Assembly (NCBI GenBank): GCA_963709405.1
Contig: CAVPXM010000069.1
Coordinates: 32,001 to 96,000, forward strand
Direction: 5' to 3'
From: an uncultured Nitrososphaerales archaeon
GTDB lineage: Archaea; Thermoproteota; Nitrososphaeria; Nitrososphaerales; Nitrososphaeraceae
DNA length: 64,000 nt
Part shown: one piece after another, positions 1-10,194 of the stretch
Numbering within the stretch: the stretch's first letter is position 1
Layout of the letters: each line of letters begins with the position of its first letter
Program-made: the position numbers and the translations under genes
The notes under the pieces: generated by a model
Seen by the model: only the letters and a program-made list of their open reading frames with translations
The model's database searches: none
Told to the model about the DNA's origin: nothing

Positions 1-1437
1 CAAATTTTCAAATATGGCAACATAAGATGAAACCCCAGCTTTGCTATTAGAATAGGTTGATAATCCTATTGCTTCGACAAAAGTTGTTTTTGAATCATCC
101 TTTAATTCCATTACCAGTGAAGCCTTTCTATCAACTACTAATATAGTGGCTTTAGTATCTGACATCTGTACAATATATCTGACATCTATTATATTGTTAG
201 AACAACAATATTGTTTTAGCCGTTGTACTTTTTGTTCAATTAAACCGCTTGCAGGTATCATTATTCTAACTCTAACATTTCTTTGTGTGGCTGCCTCTTC
301 TGCTAATTGTATTGCTCCTATCTTCTCTTGACGGATAAAAGCATTGATGCTAGGAAATATCCATAATATTTCCTCTGAGGCTGACTTGACTATATTCAAA
401 TATAGCTCCTGCGTTCTTGCTGAGCTTGGAATAACTTCAATATCAGCCAAGTCTACTCCTACTTCGATATCTTTTATTCTCTGTATAGCATCAACTCCAT
501 TCTTCCATAGCTCTTCAAAAATAGAATTATAATGTCTAATATAAGCTGGTTCATTACTAGTCAAAAGGCTTTTCATAAGCTTACCATTCTTCATCTTATC
601 TATAGTGGCATAAAAGTATCTGTCATCAACAGCAAAATTCATAGGTGTTAGGTTTTTGAGGTGCCTTGTTTGTATACCTGCATTTAGAAATAGTTTAACT
701 AACTCTATATTGTCCTTGTCTATAGAAGTAATCCAACGTATGCCTTTACCTTTTTTTCTTCCTCCTCTTTGCCTATCAATTATTTTCTTGTATTCTTGAA
801 AGAAATTATTATAAACTAATTGCATTCCACCCATTGAAGAAACAACCGATCTTTCGCTGGCCTTCTCAATAACAGATTTCATATGTTTAAAGATTTGTTC
901 TTTATTTTCTAATACTTTAGTTTCATAATGTATTATCCCTTCTTCTATCTCCTTGATCTTCTGCTCAGCTGGTATAGATCTAGTCCAAAAACTATCAAAT
1001 ACAAATTGTCGCTGGTATTCTACGATTTCCTTTACATTACTGTATATTATCTGGGATGCTGGCTTTCCTTTCTCATGGAAAGTAGCAGGAGCAATGTATT
1101 CTGTTTCGCTCAAGTAGAAATTACCTTTAATACCTGCTATGTGACGAAGCTCATCAACTATCTTTATTAATTCTTTACAATAGCTAACATTATCCTCAGT
1201 AATTTCAGTAACGTATCTTAATTTGACACCTCTACTCTTAGCATCAAGAAATGCTTTCCTTAGCTCTTCGATTTCAACGACTAATGACGGTCTAGTGTAA
1301 TCTACACAGGCATCGATTCTATTCGTTGCTTTAGAGGTAAATTGTAACACAATATTTACTACATTCTGCTCACCATGTAATACCTCAGTCCTTTCACCGA
1401 TGGCATCTGATGACGATGGTGATGCTTGTGTAGTCAA
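1..1437 (-). CDS. Sensor histidine kinase, N-terminal part (runs off the window start); paralog of 7811..9955
   Basis: Manual translation from TTG at 1437 is open to base 1: LTTQASP...ERTEVLHGEQNVVNIVLQF...RIDACVDYTRPS...LRYVTEITEDNVSYCKEL...SNEPAYIRHYNSIFEELWKNG...GLSTYSNSKAGVSSYVAIFENL. It is collinear with the N-terminal 470 aa of the 7811 kinase. Kinase domains would lie outside the window. Confidence 0.85.
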   Translation of the reverse strand, partial: MTTQASPSSSDAIGERTEVLHGEQNVVNIVLQFTSKATNRIDACVDYTRPSLVVEIEELRKAFLDAKSRGVKLRYVTEITEDNVSYCKELIKIVDELRHIAGIKGNFYLSETEYIAPATFHEKGKPASQIIYSNVKEIVEYQRQFVFDSFWTRSIPAEQKIKEIEEGIIHYETKVLENKEQIFKHMKSVIEKASERSVVSSMGGMQLVYNNFFQEYKKIIDRQRGGRKKGKGIRWITSIDKDNIELVKLFLNAGIQTRHLKNLTPMNFAVDDRYFYATIDKMKNGKLMKSLLTSNEPAYIRHYNSIFEELWKNGVDAIQRIKDIEVGVDLADIEVIPSSARTQELYLNIVKSASEEILWIFPSINAFIRQEKIGAIQLAEEAATQRNVRVRIMIPASGLIEQKVQRLKQYCCSNNIIDVRYIVQMSDTKATILVVDRKASLVMELKDDSKTTFVEAIGLSTYSNSKAGVSSYVAIFENL

Positions 1438-1614
1438 AGAATCATCTAATAGTTACTAATAAATTGGTAAGTATAAAATATTAACTGGAAACGTTCTGCT
1501 ATCTATTGCTGCTCTTGGTAACTATTAATGACATTTCTTAGAAAAGTGTCCGCAATAACGGATGACAGTCATAAAAAGCAGATATGCTAATTATGGACCA
1601 AACCTAGGAGCAAG

Positions 1615-1762
1615 AGCTTTTCCTATAAATAATCTCTTCATCCTATCGATTAGAGCAATTGCTAAATCTATTCTAGGTCTTGTGACAATACACATTTGTG
1701 AACCTGATAATGCATTATCTTTTATGCAAAGCCAGGCCATAAACCTGAGCATAAATTCAGAG
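1615..1762 (-). pseudogene. Fragment of a Nitrososphaera-type terminase-large-subunit-like / helicase-like ATPase
   Basis: The minus strand reads SEFMLRFMAWLCIKDNALSGSQMCIVTRPRIDLAIALIDRMKRLFIGK. I recognise this as the segment after the Walker A motif in a thaumarchaeal terminase-like ATPase family. No complete ORF is present. Confidence 0.55.
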
Positions 1763-2134
1763 AACGAGTAATTTGAATTATCATCATTTTACATTAGGAA
1801 TAACAGAAATTTCAAAAGAGGCGCCAAAGGGTTGAAGGCGGCAGTTAATCCAAATGCCGCCAACGTAGAAAGCCGGACCATCACCACCAAGTAAAAATCC
1901 AGACTTCTCACGTACCCTTGCTCATTCGAATGAATTAAGAATATTTTTATAAGATTTGCCTTTATGTATTGCTCACTTCCTGAATGTAACTTAACTAAGA
2001 ATGAGAGTAACATTTTTCCCATTCTTCTTAATTAATATATATGTATATTTTTCACAGTTAAATCCCTATGACTCTACACGACCCAAACATGTTAAACCCC
2101 CGTATGTATTATGAGATCCACATTTTTCTACAAC

Positions 2135-2324
2135 AGCTTATCTCATCATTTCTCTTATCTCATCATTTCTTGCGTTTGTAATATCCTGGTCTTTCTATAG
2201 ATCTTATGGATTTTCTGGTTTTGGATATCTTTTGGGCCTGCCAATGGGATTTACACTTTTGGGCATATCTTTTCTATTTCATTATTTAAGTCTGAGTTAT
2301 AGATTCCTTTTTGTATACCCATAG
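2135..2324 (+). pseudogene. Fragment of a hydrophobic membrane protein
   Basis: Reads ...LAFVISWSFYRSYGFSGFGYLLGLPMGFTLLGISFLFHYLSLSYRFLFVYP*. No clear start codon; a short tandem duplication ttatctcatcatttct lies at about 2138-2170. Confidence 0.35.
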
Positions 2325-2477
2325 TAATTCATTCCTACTGTTGATCGCAGTGCTCTTTTCTCCTTGATAGTGTCAAATTATCCTGGCCCAGGAATATGCC
2401 AGTCTCTACTTATTATGTCCATCGAATAGACGAATGAATGAACCTTTTACTATTATTAGCTGTCAACTTATGTTTAT

Positions 2478-3530
2478 TCAACTACTATCAGTTCGAATTA
2501 CTACAAGTTTATCAGTTCCAGACTCTGCTCCCCATACCTCTCCAGACCTACCAAGAATCTGACGTACATTGGCGCCCGGAGTTGGTAAGGAAAATACTTG
2601 GAACTTTTGTTGCACGGGATCAAAACGCAGTAGAGCATTTGCACCAAAATCGCTTAACCATACAATGTCCTTGTCATCCACATAGACAGCATAAGGCTCG
2701 GGTTGTTTCCTGGCAGTCGCATCTCTTTCCATACCTTAGACATAGGATCATAAACAGCCAACTGTCCTACGTTCCATTCAGTTACCCAAAGACGTCCATG
2801 AGAATCTGGCCATACACGTCGTGCACCTTGATTCTGAGTAGGCGGTTCAAGTACTGTAGCCTTTCCGGTTTGTAAATCAATGCGGGCGACATAACTTCCA
2901 GCCAGTGAAGTAAAGTATACCGTACCATCTGGAGTCGTAGAAATGCCATATGGTCCTGTTCCACGTGGTGCTTTGAAGACCTCTATCTTACTGGTTGACG
3001 GATCAAGACGGCCATAAATTCCACTCTGACCAGTAAACCAAAGCATTCCACTGCGATCGAATGTGGCGGTGTTTAGATTAGCATAACCTGTGCCTCCAGG
3101 TAACGCAAATAACTTGACCTTTTCTGTATTGGGATCAACACGCACAATCGCATTTAGTCCTCCATCTGTAATCCAAGCACCATCCGGTCCTACAATGACA
3201 CCATGTGGCGCAGACCCATTACCAAGCGATATTTGACTGGTCTTACCTGTCGTTGGATCTAACCGTCCCAACTGGCCAGATAACTGAGCCGTGTACCAAA
3301 CTGTCTTTCCATCATCTTGCCGTGTCCAACATCATGTGGTCCTGAACCTAATGGGACAGGGAATTCTTGAGCGTAGGCTTTGCAAGGCGTAGTATAGAGG
3401 ATAATGGTTTTCCTTCTCCTTTAACTTTCTCGGACAGAAGTAGAGGTTGTTGTTGTCCTCCTACAATCATTGTAAAACTTAGGATAAGCAATAGAATTAG
3501 TGAGCATGTAAATACATTATCTCCACCCAT
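2478..3530 (-). CDS. Virginiamycin B lyase (Vgb)-like beta-propeller protein, secreted; frameshifted
   Basis: Three ORF pieces (3348-3530, 2654-3271, 2478-2732) carry Vgb repeats: GPHDV..VWYTAQ..GRLDP, PHGVIVGPDGAWITDGG, GPYGISTTPDG, GARRVWPDSHG, EPYAVYVD, VRQILGRSGEVWGAESG. The N-terminus has a hydrophobic signal. Confidence 0.85.
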
Positions 3531-3650
3531 AAACTAACCTTCTTTTCCCTTTAGTGATGTATTGTCTTACATAATATTAGACATTATCCCTTATCTTCTC
3601 ACTATATAGACTAAAAAATAGAGCAGAAGATGTGCAGCAGTGACTACTAA

Positions 3651-4106
3651 TTACGCAAGAGAGCTAGTATGTTTATGCATTGCAGAACCGTTTATCATAA
3701 CCATGTTAAACATACTTGCAAATTTCCCAGAACTAGTGGCTGGCGTGTTAGCACCAGTATTATTGCCTAATGTCGGTACGGCAAAAGTCGAATTAACTTT
3801 CGATGGCAAACTGGCTTTCCACATTCCTGAGACTATCCAGGTAGGTTTCCCCTCCGGATTATTTTGTAAACCTGATATTGTCCCCATTAAAAAGTCTCCA
3901 CTGCGCATCATCATTTTACCCCCATTAATATATGGGTGGGAAGAATATGCCCTCCACCGCTAGCTAGAGGCATAGCCATTGCTGCATTTGAAGTAGAAGT
4001 AGATAATGAATAGGTTGTTATAGCAAATACAAGGCCGGATAATAAAATTAGTGTAGTAATTCTGCCTGAAATAAAAGCGGCGTTCCTCTTTTAGTTGACG
4101 TTCATT
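3651..4106 (-). pseudogene. Conserved thaumarchaeal secreted hypothetical protein, frameshifted and 3'-truncated
   Basis: A signal-like segment (ITTLILLSGLVFAITTYSLS) precedes the ORF containing GTISGLQNNPEGKPTWIVSGMWK...FNMVMINGSAMHKH, which stops abruptly. Confidence 0.5.
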
Positions 4107-4317
4107 GTTTCTAAATGAAGTAATGTGATTTTCAAAGTCGCTCTATCGAAGCATTAAGAATATAAGAATTACAGCTCATTCGACGAACGTATAGTCTCAT
4201 ACAGTCCGTACCTTCCTTTATTTAATACTGCCAATGACTGGATCACACTATCTCAATCTCTCATTCTATAATAAAATAATATTTTTGCTCACAGTGGTGA
4301 CAGCGCAATGCAGCTCA

Positions 4318-4332
4318 TGAAAGCTTTTATAC
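4318..4332 (+). promoter_or_regulatory. Putative archaeal BRE/TATA box of the sugar dehydrogenase gene
   Basis: tgaaagcTTTTATAc lies about 30 nt upstream of the ATG at 4362. Confidence 0.4.
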
Positions 4333-4361
4333 TGTATTAAGGCATACCAGAGATTACAAAT

Positions 4362-5639
4362 ATGAGAAGAGAAAGAAAATTATCGAATATAACAAGTCTA
4401 TCTTTCTCTATAATGGTTATTATCCTAGCAATTGCTCTAATTGCAGGTTTACTCTTTGCTCCAGTTTTGACAAATCGATATGTAGTAGTTGCACAGCCAG
4501 CTATAACCAAAGATCCACATCTAAAAGTGGAATCAATAGTGAGTGGTTTATCTTCTCCAACAAGTATGGCATTTATAGACAATAACAATATCTTAGTTTT
4601 AGAAAAAGAAGGAAATGTCAGACTAGTATCAAATGGTCAGTTACAACAACAGCCTGTGCTACAAGTACCAGTGGACATAAAGAGCGAACGTGGCTTGCTT
4701 GGAATTGCAGTGATGAAAAATAGCAACACTGTATTCTTGTATTATACCGATTCACAAGCAGGAGGAGAGCTAAGAAATAGAGTTTACAAATACGAATGGA
4801 ATGGACAGACACTTGTTAGCCCTAAATTAATATTAGACCTTCCTGGACTGCCTGGACCGAATCATGATGGTGGAAAACTAGTCATAGGAAATGATGGTAA
4901 TCTATATGCCATAATTGGCGAACTAAGACATAATGGCAAACTTCAAAACATTAAAGACGGACCTGATCCTGATGATACAGGTGTTATATTTAGAGTAAAT
5001 CCTGCTGACGGTTCTCCAGCGAAAGGTAATCCATTTGCAAATAATGGGAATGCGGCAATGCATAGATACTATGCATATGGTATTCGAAACAGCTTTGGGA
5101 TCGCAATTGATCCTGTTACAGGTAATCTTTGGGAAACTGAGAATGGAGAAGACACTTACGATGAGATTAATCTGATCAAACCTGGCTTTAATGGTGGATG
5201 GAAGGTCATTATGGGTCCAATGTCTAAAGGCAACGGTATAACAGAAAATGACTTGGTTAACTTTCCTGGTTCTCATTATGCAGATCCTGTTTTTAGCTGG
5301 CTAAAACCAGTTGCAGTTACTGCAATTGAATTTCTAAAATCATCAAAGCTTGGAACAGATTATCTGAACAACATGTTTGTTGGGGACTATAAGAATGGCA
5401 ATTTGTATTTCTTTAAGCTAAACAAGGACAGAACAGCTATAGAACTTGATAATAATCAACAAGCTGCAGGTCTTTCAGACTTGGTTGTAGATAATAAAAA
5501 TGAATTAGAGGCAGTAAAATTTGCATCTGGATTTAATGGTATAACCGATATCAAGACAGGACCAGATGGATTATTGTATGTCTTGTCATTTGGTGATGGA
5601 AACATCTATAGAATTAGTCCAGCATCTTCTACTTCTTAG
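4362..5639 (+). CDS. PQQ-dependent soluble aldose/glucose-sorbosone dehydrogenase (GSDH family), secreted or membrane-anchored
   Basis: Intact 425-aa ORF with an N-terminal TM/signal and motifs SGLSSPTSMAF, ERGLLGIA, NHDGGKLVIG, YAYGIRNSFG, ENGEDTYDEINL, ITDIKTGPDGLLYV. Confidence 0.93.
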   Translation: MRRERKLSNITSLSFSIMVIILAIALIAGLLFAPVLTNRYVVVAQPAITKDPHLKVESIVSGLSSPTSMAFIDNNNILVLEKEGNVRLVSNGQLQQQPVLQVPVDIKSERGLLGIAVMKNSNTVFLYYTDSQAGGELRNRVYKYEWNGQTLVSPKLILDLPGLPGPNHDGGKLVIGNDGNLYAIIGELRHNGKLQNIKDGPDPDDTGVIFRVNPADGSPAKGNPFANNGNAAMHRYYAYGIRNSFGIAIDPVTGNLWETENGEDTYDEINLIKPGFNGGWKVIMGPMSKGNGITENDLVNFPGSHYADPVFSWLKPVAVTAIEFLKSSKLGTDYLNNMFVGDYKNGNLYFFKLNKDRTAIELDNNQQAAGLSDLVVDNKNELEAVKFASGFNGITDIKTGPDGLLYVLSFGDGNIYRISPASSTS

Positions 5640-5937
5640 CAACATCTATCAATACATAATAAAAGGAATTAGGAATATCAAAATAACTCAATGCAGTAGT
5701 ATACTGCAGGTAATTAGAATAGTAACCTCTCCTCAGAGACGTTACCCTTGTGGCCTTAACTCGTTCGATCATACCTCAATAGGATGTCGATCTCTCATCG
5801 ACTTGAGAAACCGGAAGTCAGGAAAAAGACCTACTGAGTGAGGCAAAATTTTGAGCCACGAAACAAATTTTTTTTCTTTATTGCGACGTTGGGCATCATG
5901 ATAATTTAAAATCCTTTAATATTTAATCATTGTATTA

Positions 5938-6252
5938 GTGTTACAGGAGAATGTATTGAAATGGGTAAAGAAACCCAAAATTGATAACGAGCATGGACAT
6001 AATACGTGGTTAATTAGCAATAGCACATTCTATTTTGTGGATCGTCTACTCATGAATCCGGATCATCCAATACACGCTGATGACATTTTCAATCTCACCA
6101 AGCTATCAGAATCCATTCTTCTAGCCGAAAAAATCACAACTTTGCCGATCCATGGTGAGGCAAGGAAGGCTTTCATTGATAATGAAATTTTTAGGAGATT
6201 AAAAAATGACATTGTTGAACTCAAGATAAGTAGGGCACAAATAAATAAATAA
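5938..6252 (+). CDS. Hypothetical protein
   Basis: 104-aa ORF with plausible composition and an AT-rich TATA-like upstream region. Confidence 0.55.
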   Translation: MLQENVLKWVKKPKIDNEHGHNTWLISNSTFYFVDRLLMNPDHPIHADDIFNLTKLSESILLAEKITTLPIHGEARKAFIDNEIFRRLKNDIVELKISRAQINK

Positions 6253-6402
6253 CATCACAATATTGTTATTATTCGAATCGCTATTTCAAATTTGGTGTTT
6301 TATAGAGCACATATTCCATTTAACAACATAACCTGAACAATGAGTGATAAAATATTGAGCAGATACTTTAACTACATAAGTGAAAAATGCTCATAGAAAA
6401 TA

Positions 6403-6864
6403 ATGAATAATTCAAAAATAATGTCGATTGTTATTGCAACGATCGCAGCGGCATTAGTCATGTCGTCAATCCATTCTGCGAGTCATGTATTTGCAAAGAA
6501 AGATGACACTAGCAGTAGTGGTGGCGGCAGTGATAGTGGTAGTAGTGGCAGTAGTGGCAGTAGTGGCAGTAGTGGCAGTAGTGGCAGTAGTAGTGGGACT
6601 AGTAGTGGCAGTAGTAGTGGGACTAGTAGTGGCAGCGGATCTGGTTCATCCAAGAGTGATTATGATAATTTCCAAAAATGTCTTTCCGATGCCGCGACAG
6701 GTGGTTCTGCGGCAAAACAGCAAATAAAAGATTGCTTTGATTCTACCTATGGGAGTGGAAGTAGCAGCGGCGGTAGCAGTAGCAGTGGCAATACCGACAA
6801 TTCTGGTAGCAGTAGCGATACAGGTAATAACCCAGACAACACTAACAACGATGCCAACAATTAG
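6403..6864 (+). CDS. Small secreted Ser/Gly-rich protein with a two-Cys helical core
   Basis: Signal peptide ending in VFA; SSG repeats flank YDNFQKCLSDAATGGSAAKQQIKDCFDSTY; Asn/Asp-rich tail. Confidence 0.8.
   Translation: MNNSKIMSIVIATIAAALVMSSIHSASHVFAKKDDTSSSGGGSDSGSSGSSGSSGSSGSSGSSSGTSSGSSSGTSSGSGSGSSKSDYDNFQKCLSDAATGGSAAKQQIKDCFDSTYGSGSSSGGSSSSGNTDNSGSSSDTGNNPDNTNNDANN
6532..6635 (+). repeat. 9-bp coding tandem repeat (agtagtggc)n with variants
   Basis: agtagtggc is visibly repeated and encodes SSG. Confidence 0.85.
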
Positions 6865-7038
6865 CAAAAATTAGACACATATGATAGTATATTATCTGTA
6901 ATCCTAACTCTTTTTTAGATTCTTAACTGATAAATAAACGAACATCAGCAAACGTCTTTCATAGACACCGCATAGGACTTTTATCTGTGAGATTTATAAT
7001 CGCTGCAGAAATACCTCCACAAGCCGGAAACAGACTAT

Positions 7039-7455
7039 CTAGAAACTCATATGTATCCCGACCAGAGCGTTCTCTTCTGGGGAGGCGTTCCAGTAGCCAT
7101 ATTTGCCGCTAATCGCTGCGAAACGCGCAAGATCTTCTGGCGTCACAGGCAGAGGGATGCTCGTCTCCGGTCTTCCAGTCTCCTGAAAGAATTGTCCGAG
7201 CTTTTTGGTCATGATGATGAGAACAACCACAGATGCCCCAGAGACGTTGCGCCAGGCGTGTCATGCATTAGAAGGCACATGAATATAATCGCCCGCTTTT
7301 GCTCCGATCGATGTCTGGTCCTTGCTGTCTTGCCTCAGACGCTCTAACTCACACGAGATGACGAGAAAGTCCTCTGTATCGGCGTGAGAGTGAAGGGGAA
7401 CAGAGACGCCTGGTGGGATCGCAATCCAGCCAGTTAAACGCTCCTTGAAACCCAT
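7039..7455 (-). pseudogene. Cupin-domain protein with an in-frame nonsense codon, 5'-truncated
   Basis: Reads PLHSHADTEDF...AGDYIHVPSNA*HAWRNVSG...VLIIMTKKLGQFFQETGRP. The two ORFs share a frame and are split by TGA at 7261-7263. GC is visibly higher than in the flanks. Confidence 0.75.
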
Positions 7456-7511
7456 TCTCCGAAAGTATTATTCTTCAGAATATTCTTTTAGGTTCAATTC
7501 CTCTTATAGAT

Positions 7512-7632
7512 ATGTCTGCAATCGTTAGTAGATCAAATCCATCTGGATAACAAGAAAACCTTGAGACTTGTAGATGGCGACATTACGGAAAGACACGTAG
7601 ACGTTATTGTAAAAGCTGAAATTCTTATCTCC
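7512..7632 (+). pseudogene. Macro-domain (ADP-ribose-binding) N-terminal fragment
   Basis: ttgagacttgtagatggcgacattacggaaagacacgtagacgttattgtaaaagct translates to LRLVDGDITERHVDVIVKA, matching the GDIT..VDxIVNAAN motif. Confidence 0.6.
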
Positions 7633-7666
7633 TACTTTTATAGCTAATCGTTCTATTGATAACCAT

Positions 7667-7740
7667 ATGGATTATAGCAGATTATGTAAAGATATTTTGA
7701 CCTAGACCAAAAGATTCGGTTCGCTGCTATATTTGACATG
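7667..7740 (+). pseudogene. N-terminal fragment of a DUF6659/roadblock-like protein
   Basis: MDYSRLCKDI/DLDQKIRFAAIFD; same family motif as the ORF at 63623. Confidence 0.45.
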
Positions 7741-7810
7741 ACAACAGAGTTCGAATTACCGTCTGTCTTATATTTACCAATACCCTTATTATTATTGAAC
7801 AACTTCGCTA

Positions 7811-9955
7811 ATGAACGAAAAGATTAAGGTATTACATCGAGTTGAAGTCATAAATGCGATATTGGACATTTCCTATAATGCAGAGGATAGGATAGATATC
7901 TGTGGCAATTCTAGATTTCCATCATTAATCTTAACTTTTGAATCAATTAGAAAAGCAATAATGAATGCTAAAGATAGAAAATATACAAGGCAAAGATATA
8001 TCTTTGAAATTACAGAGGAAAATATCCAATATTGCAAGGATTTAATGAAAATTGCTGAGATTCGCCATATGAACGAAATTGAAGCTAACTTTTTACTCAA
8101 TGAAAAGGAATATTTGGGCTCTGTAACTTTGAAGGAACCCCATCAACAAGCTGTGTATACTAATGTAAGAGAAATTGTAGAACAGCAACAGAATATTTTT
8201 GAGACTCTGTGGAATGAATCAATAACTGCAGAAAAGAGGATTAAAGAGATAGAAGAGAGAACAGTACATTATGAAACTAGAATAATTGAGGATGCTCAAG
8301 AGATTGTCAAAGAATTCAGTCGCTTAACTGCCAGCTCAAGTGAATTTTGTACATGTTTAACATCTGGAGGAATGCAATATAGTTACAATCATTTTTTTGA
8401 CGTAAAGAAAAAGTTATTGGACAAGCAAAAGAAAGGGGAGCATAAGGGTATCAGATGCATAAGTAACATAGATAAAGATAATATGAATATAGCTAAGATA
8501 CTTCTAGATGCAGGTATCAAAATAAGACATCTTAAAAATCTGCCACCAATGAGCTTTGGTGTTTCAGATAAAGAAATAGCAGCTACCATTGAAAAGATGG
8601 AAGGTGGTAAAAATGTTCAAAGTCTATTACTCAGTAATGAACCTGTATATATGAACCATTTTTATTATATATTTGAAGAATTATGGAAAAATGGAATTGA
8701 TGCTAAAGATAGAATAAGAGATATTGAAGAAGGTATTGAATCAGCTAGCATAGAAATTATTCCAAATCCTACATATTCTATAAAACGAGCTTATGATTTA
8801 GTAAAATCAGCAGAAGAGGAGGTATTAAGAATATTTTCATCAATCCATGCATTTCGTCGTCAAGTAAGATTAGGTATAATGCACTTATTCAAAGACGCAG
8901 TAGAACGTGGTGTAAGAGTTAGAATATTAATTCCTGCTGATCAAAAGGAGATAATACAAATAGTAAACGAGGTAAGTTTGGTATTGCCTCAGCTAGATAT
9001 TGGAAGCGTCGACAAGAGTTTAGAAGGTACAGTTGGAATTATAGTAGTTGATAGAAAAGAATCTCTAATTATCGAGACAAAACACGATTCAAAAGATAAT
9101 TCCTATGATGCAGCAGGATTAGCTGCTTACTCTAATAGCAAACCAATTGCTTTAGCATATACTTCTATATTTGACAGTCTTTGGAAACAGACAGAACTAC
9201 ATCAAAAATTAACTAAGATGTATGAGGAGCTAAGAATCCATAGTAAAATGCAAAAAGAATTTATCGATATAGCAGCACATGAGCTTAGGACTCCTATCCA
9301 GCCAATACTTGGCTTAACTCGTATTCTTCATTCTAATAATAACGGAAATAGAAGATCAACAGCAGAACAAGATGAATTACTAGATGTTATAATGAGGAAT
9401 GCAAAAAGACTGCAGAGACTTGCTGACGATATTTTAGATGTTACAAAAATTGAAAGCGAGTCACTAAACCTAAAGAAGGGGTTTTTCAACTTAAATGATG
9501 TAATAACAAATACTATAGACGATATGATAGCAAACATTGCTACGAGCCAACAAGGAGACCTTATAAAATTAGTATATCAGCCTCGCGATATCTTCATAGA
9601 AGCTGATAAAGCAAGAATAACTCAGGTAATTTCCAATATTCTAAATAATGCTGTTAAGTTTACCGAAGCAAAGCTCAACAAAGGAGAAGGAGGAAGAGGA
9701 ATTATAAATATTAACGCCGAAAAGGTTGATGATGGTCAGGCTATTGTCAGTATTAACGATATTGGTATAGGTATAGATCCTGGAATAATGCCTAGGTTAT
9801 TTGAAAAGTTTGCATCAAAATCTTTTCAAGGTACAGGATTAGGGTTGTATATCTGCAAAAGCATTATAGAAGCTCATGATGGCAGAATATGGGCTGAAAA
9901 TAACAAAGATGGTAGAGGAGCTACGTTTTACTTTAGTCTGCCAATAAGCAAATAG
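7811..9955 (+). CDS. Cytoplasmic sensor histidine kinase (tandem N-terminal TrmB/PLD-like domains, HisKA, HATPase_c)
   Basis: H-box AAHELRTPIQPI, N-box NILNNAVKFT, G1 DIGIGI, G2 GTGLGLYICKSIIEAH; no TM segments. Confidence 0.95.
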   Translation: MNEKIKVLHRVEVINAILDISYNAEDRIDICGNSRFPSLILTFESIRKAIMNAKDRKYTRQRYIFEITEENIQYCKDLMKIAEIRHMNEIEANFLLNEKEYLGSVTLKEPHQQAVYTNVREIVEQQQNIFETLWNESITAEKRIKEIEERTVHYETRIIEDAQEIVKEFSRLTASSSEFCTCLTSGGMQYSYNHFFDVKKKLLDKQKKGEHKGIRCISNIDKDNMNIAKILLDAGIKIRHLKNLPPMSFGVSDKEIAATIEKMEGGKNVQSLLLSNEPVYMNHFYYIFEELWKNGIDAKDRIRDIEEGIESASIEIIPNPTYSIKRAYDLVKSAEEEVLRIFSSIHAFRRQVRLGIMHLFKDAVERGVRVRILIPADQKEIIQIVNEVSLVLPQLDIGSVDKSLEGTVGIIVVDRKESLIIETKHDSKDNSYDAAGLAAYSNSKPIALAYTSIFDSLWKQTELHQKLTKMYEELRIHSKMQKEFIDIAAHELRTPIQPILGLTRILHSNNNGNRRSTAEQDELLDVIMRNAKRLQRLADDILDVTKIESESLNLKKGFFNLNDVITNTIDDMIANIATSQQGDLIKLVYQPRDIFIEADKARITQVISNILNNAVKFTEAKLNKGEGGRGIININAEKVDDGQAIVSINDIGIGIDPGIMPRLFEKFASKSFQGTGLGLYICKSIIEAHDGRIWAENNKDGRGATFYFSLPISK

Positions 9956-10194
9956 ATATTTAATACAAAAAAATTGAAAGCCTATTTTTTCGTTATATAA
10001 ATTCAAATTCTAACATGCAAGAGAAGCCACAGTACATGTACCAAGAGTCAGTACATAGAATTGTTGGGTCTATCCAGTTTGAATCGTTTTGTTCTAAAAT
10101 ATCCTGAAATCTGTGAATGATTGTATTCTCTGCCTGGCTTAAATTTGCATTGACATGCAGTGAAACCTAAAATTACAAATAACACTTCTGGTAA

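Noticed and set aside
146-1170. Short plus-strand ORFs listed in the track
   Set aside because: They are antisense shadows of the minus-strand histidine kinase.
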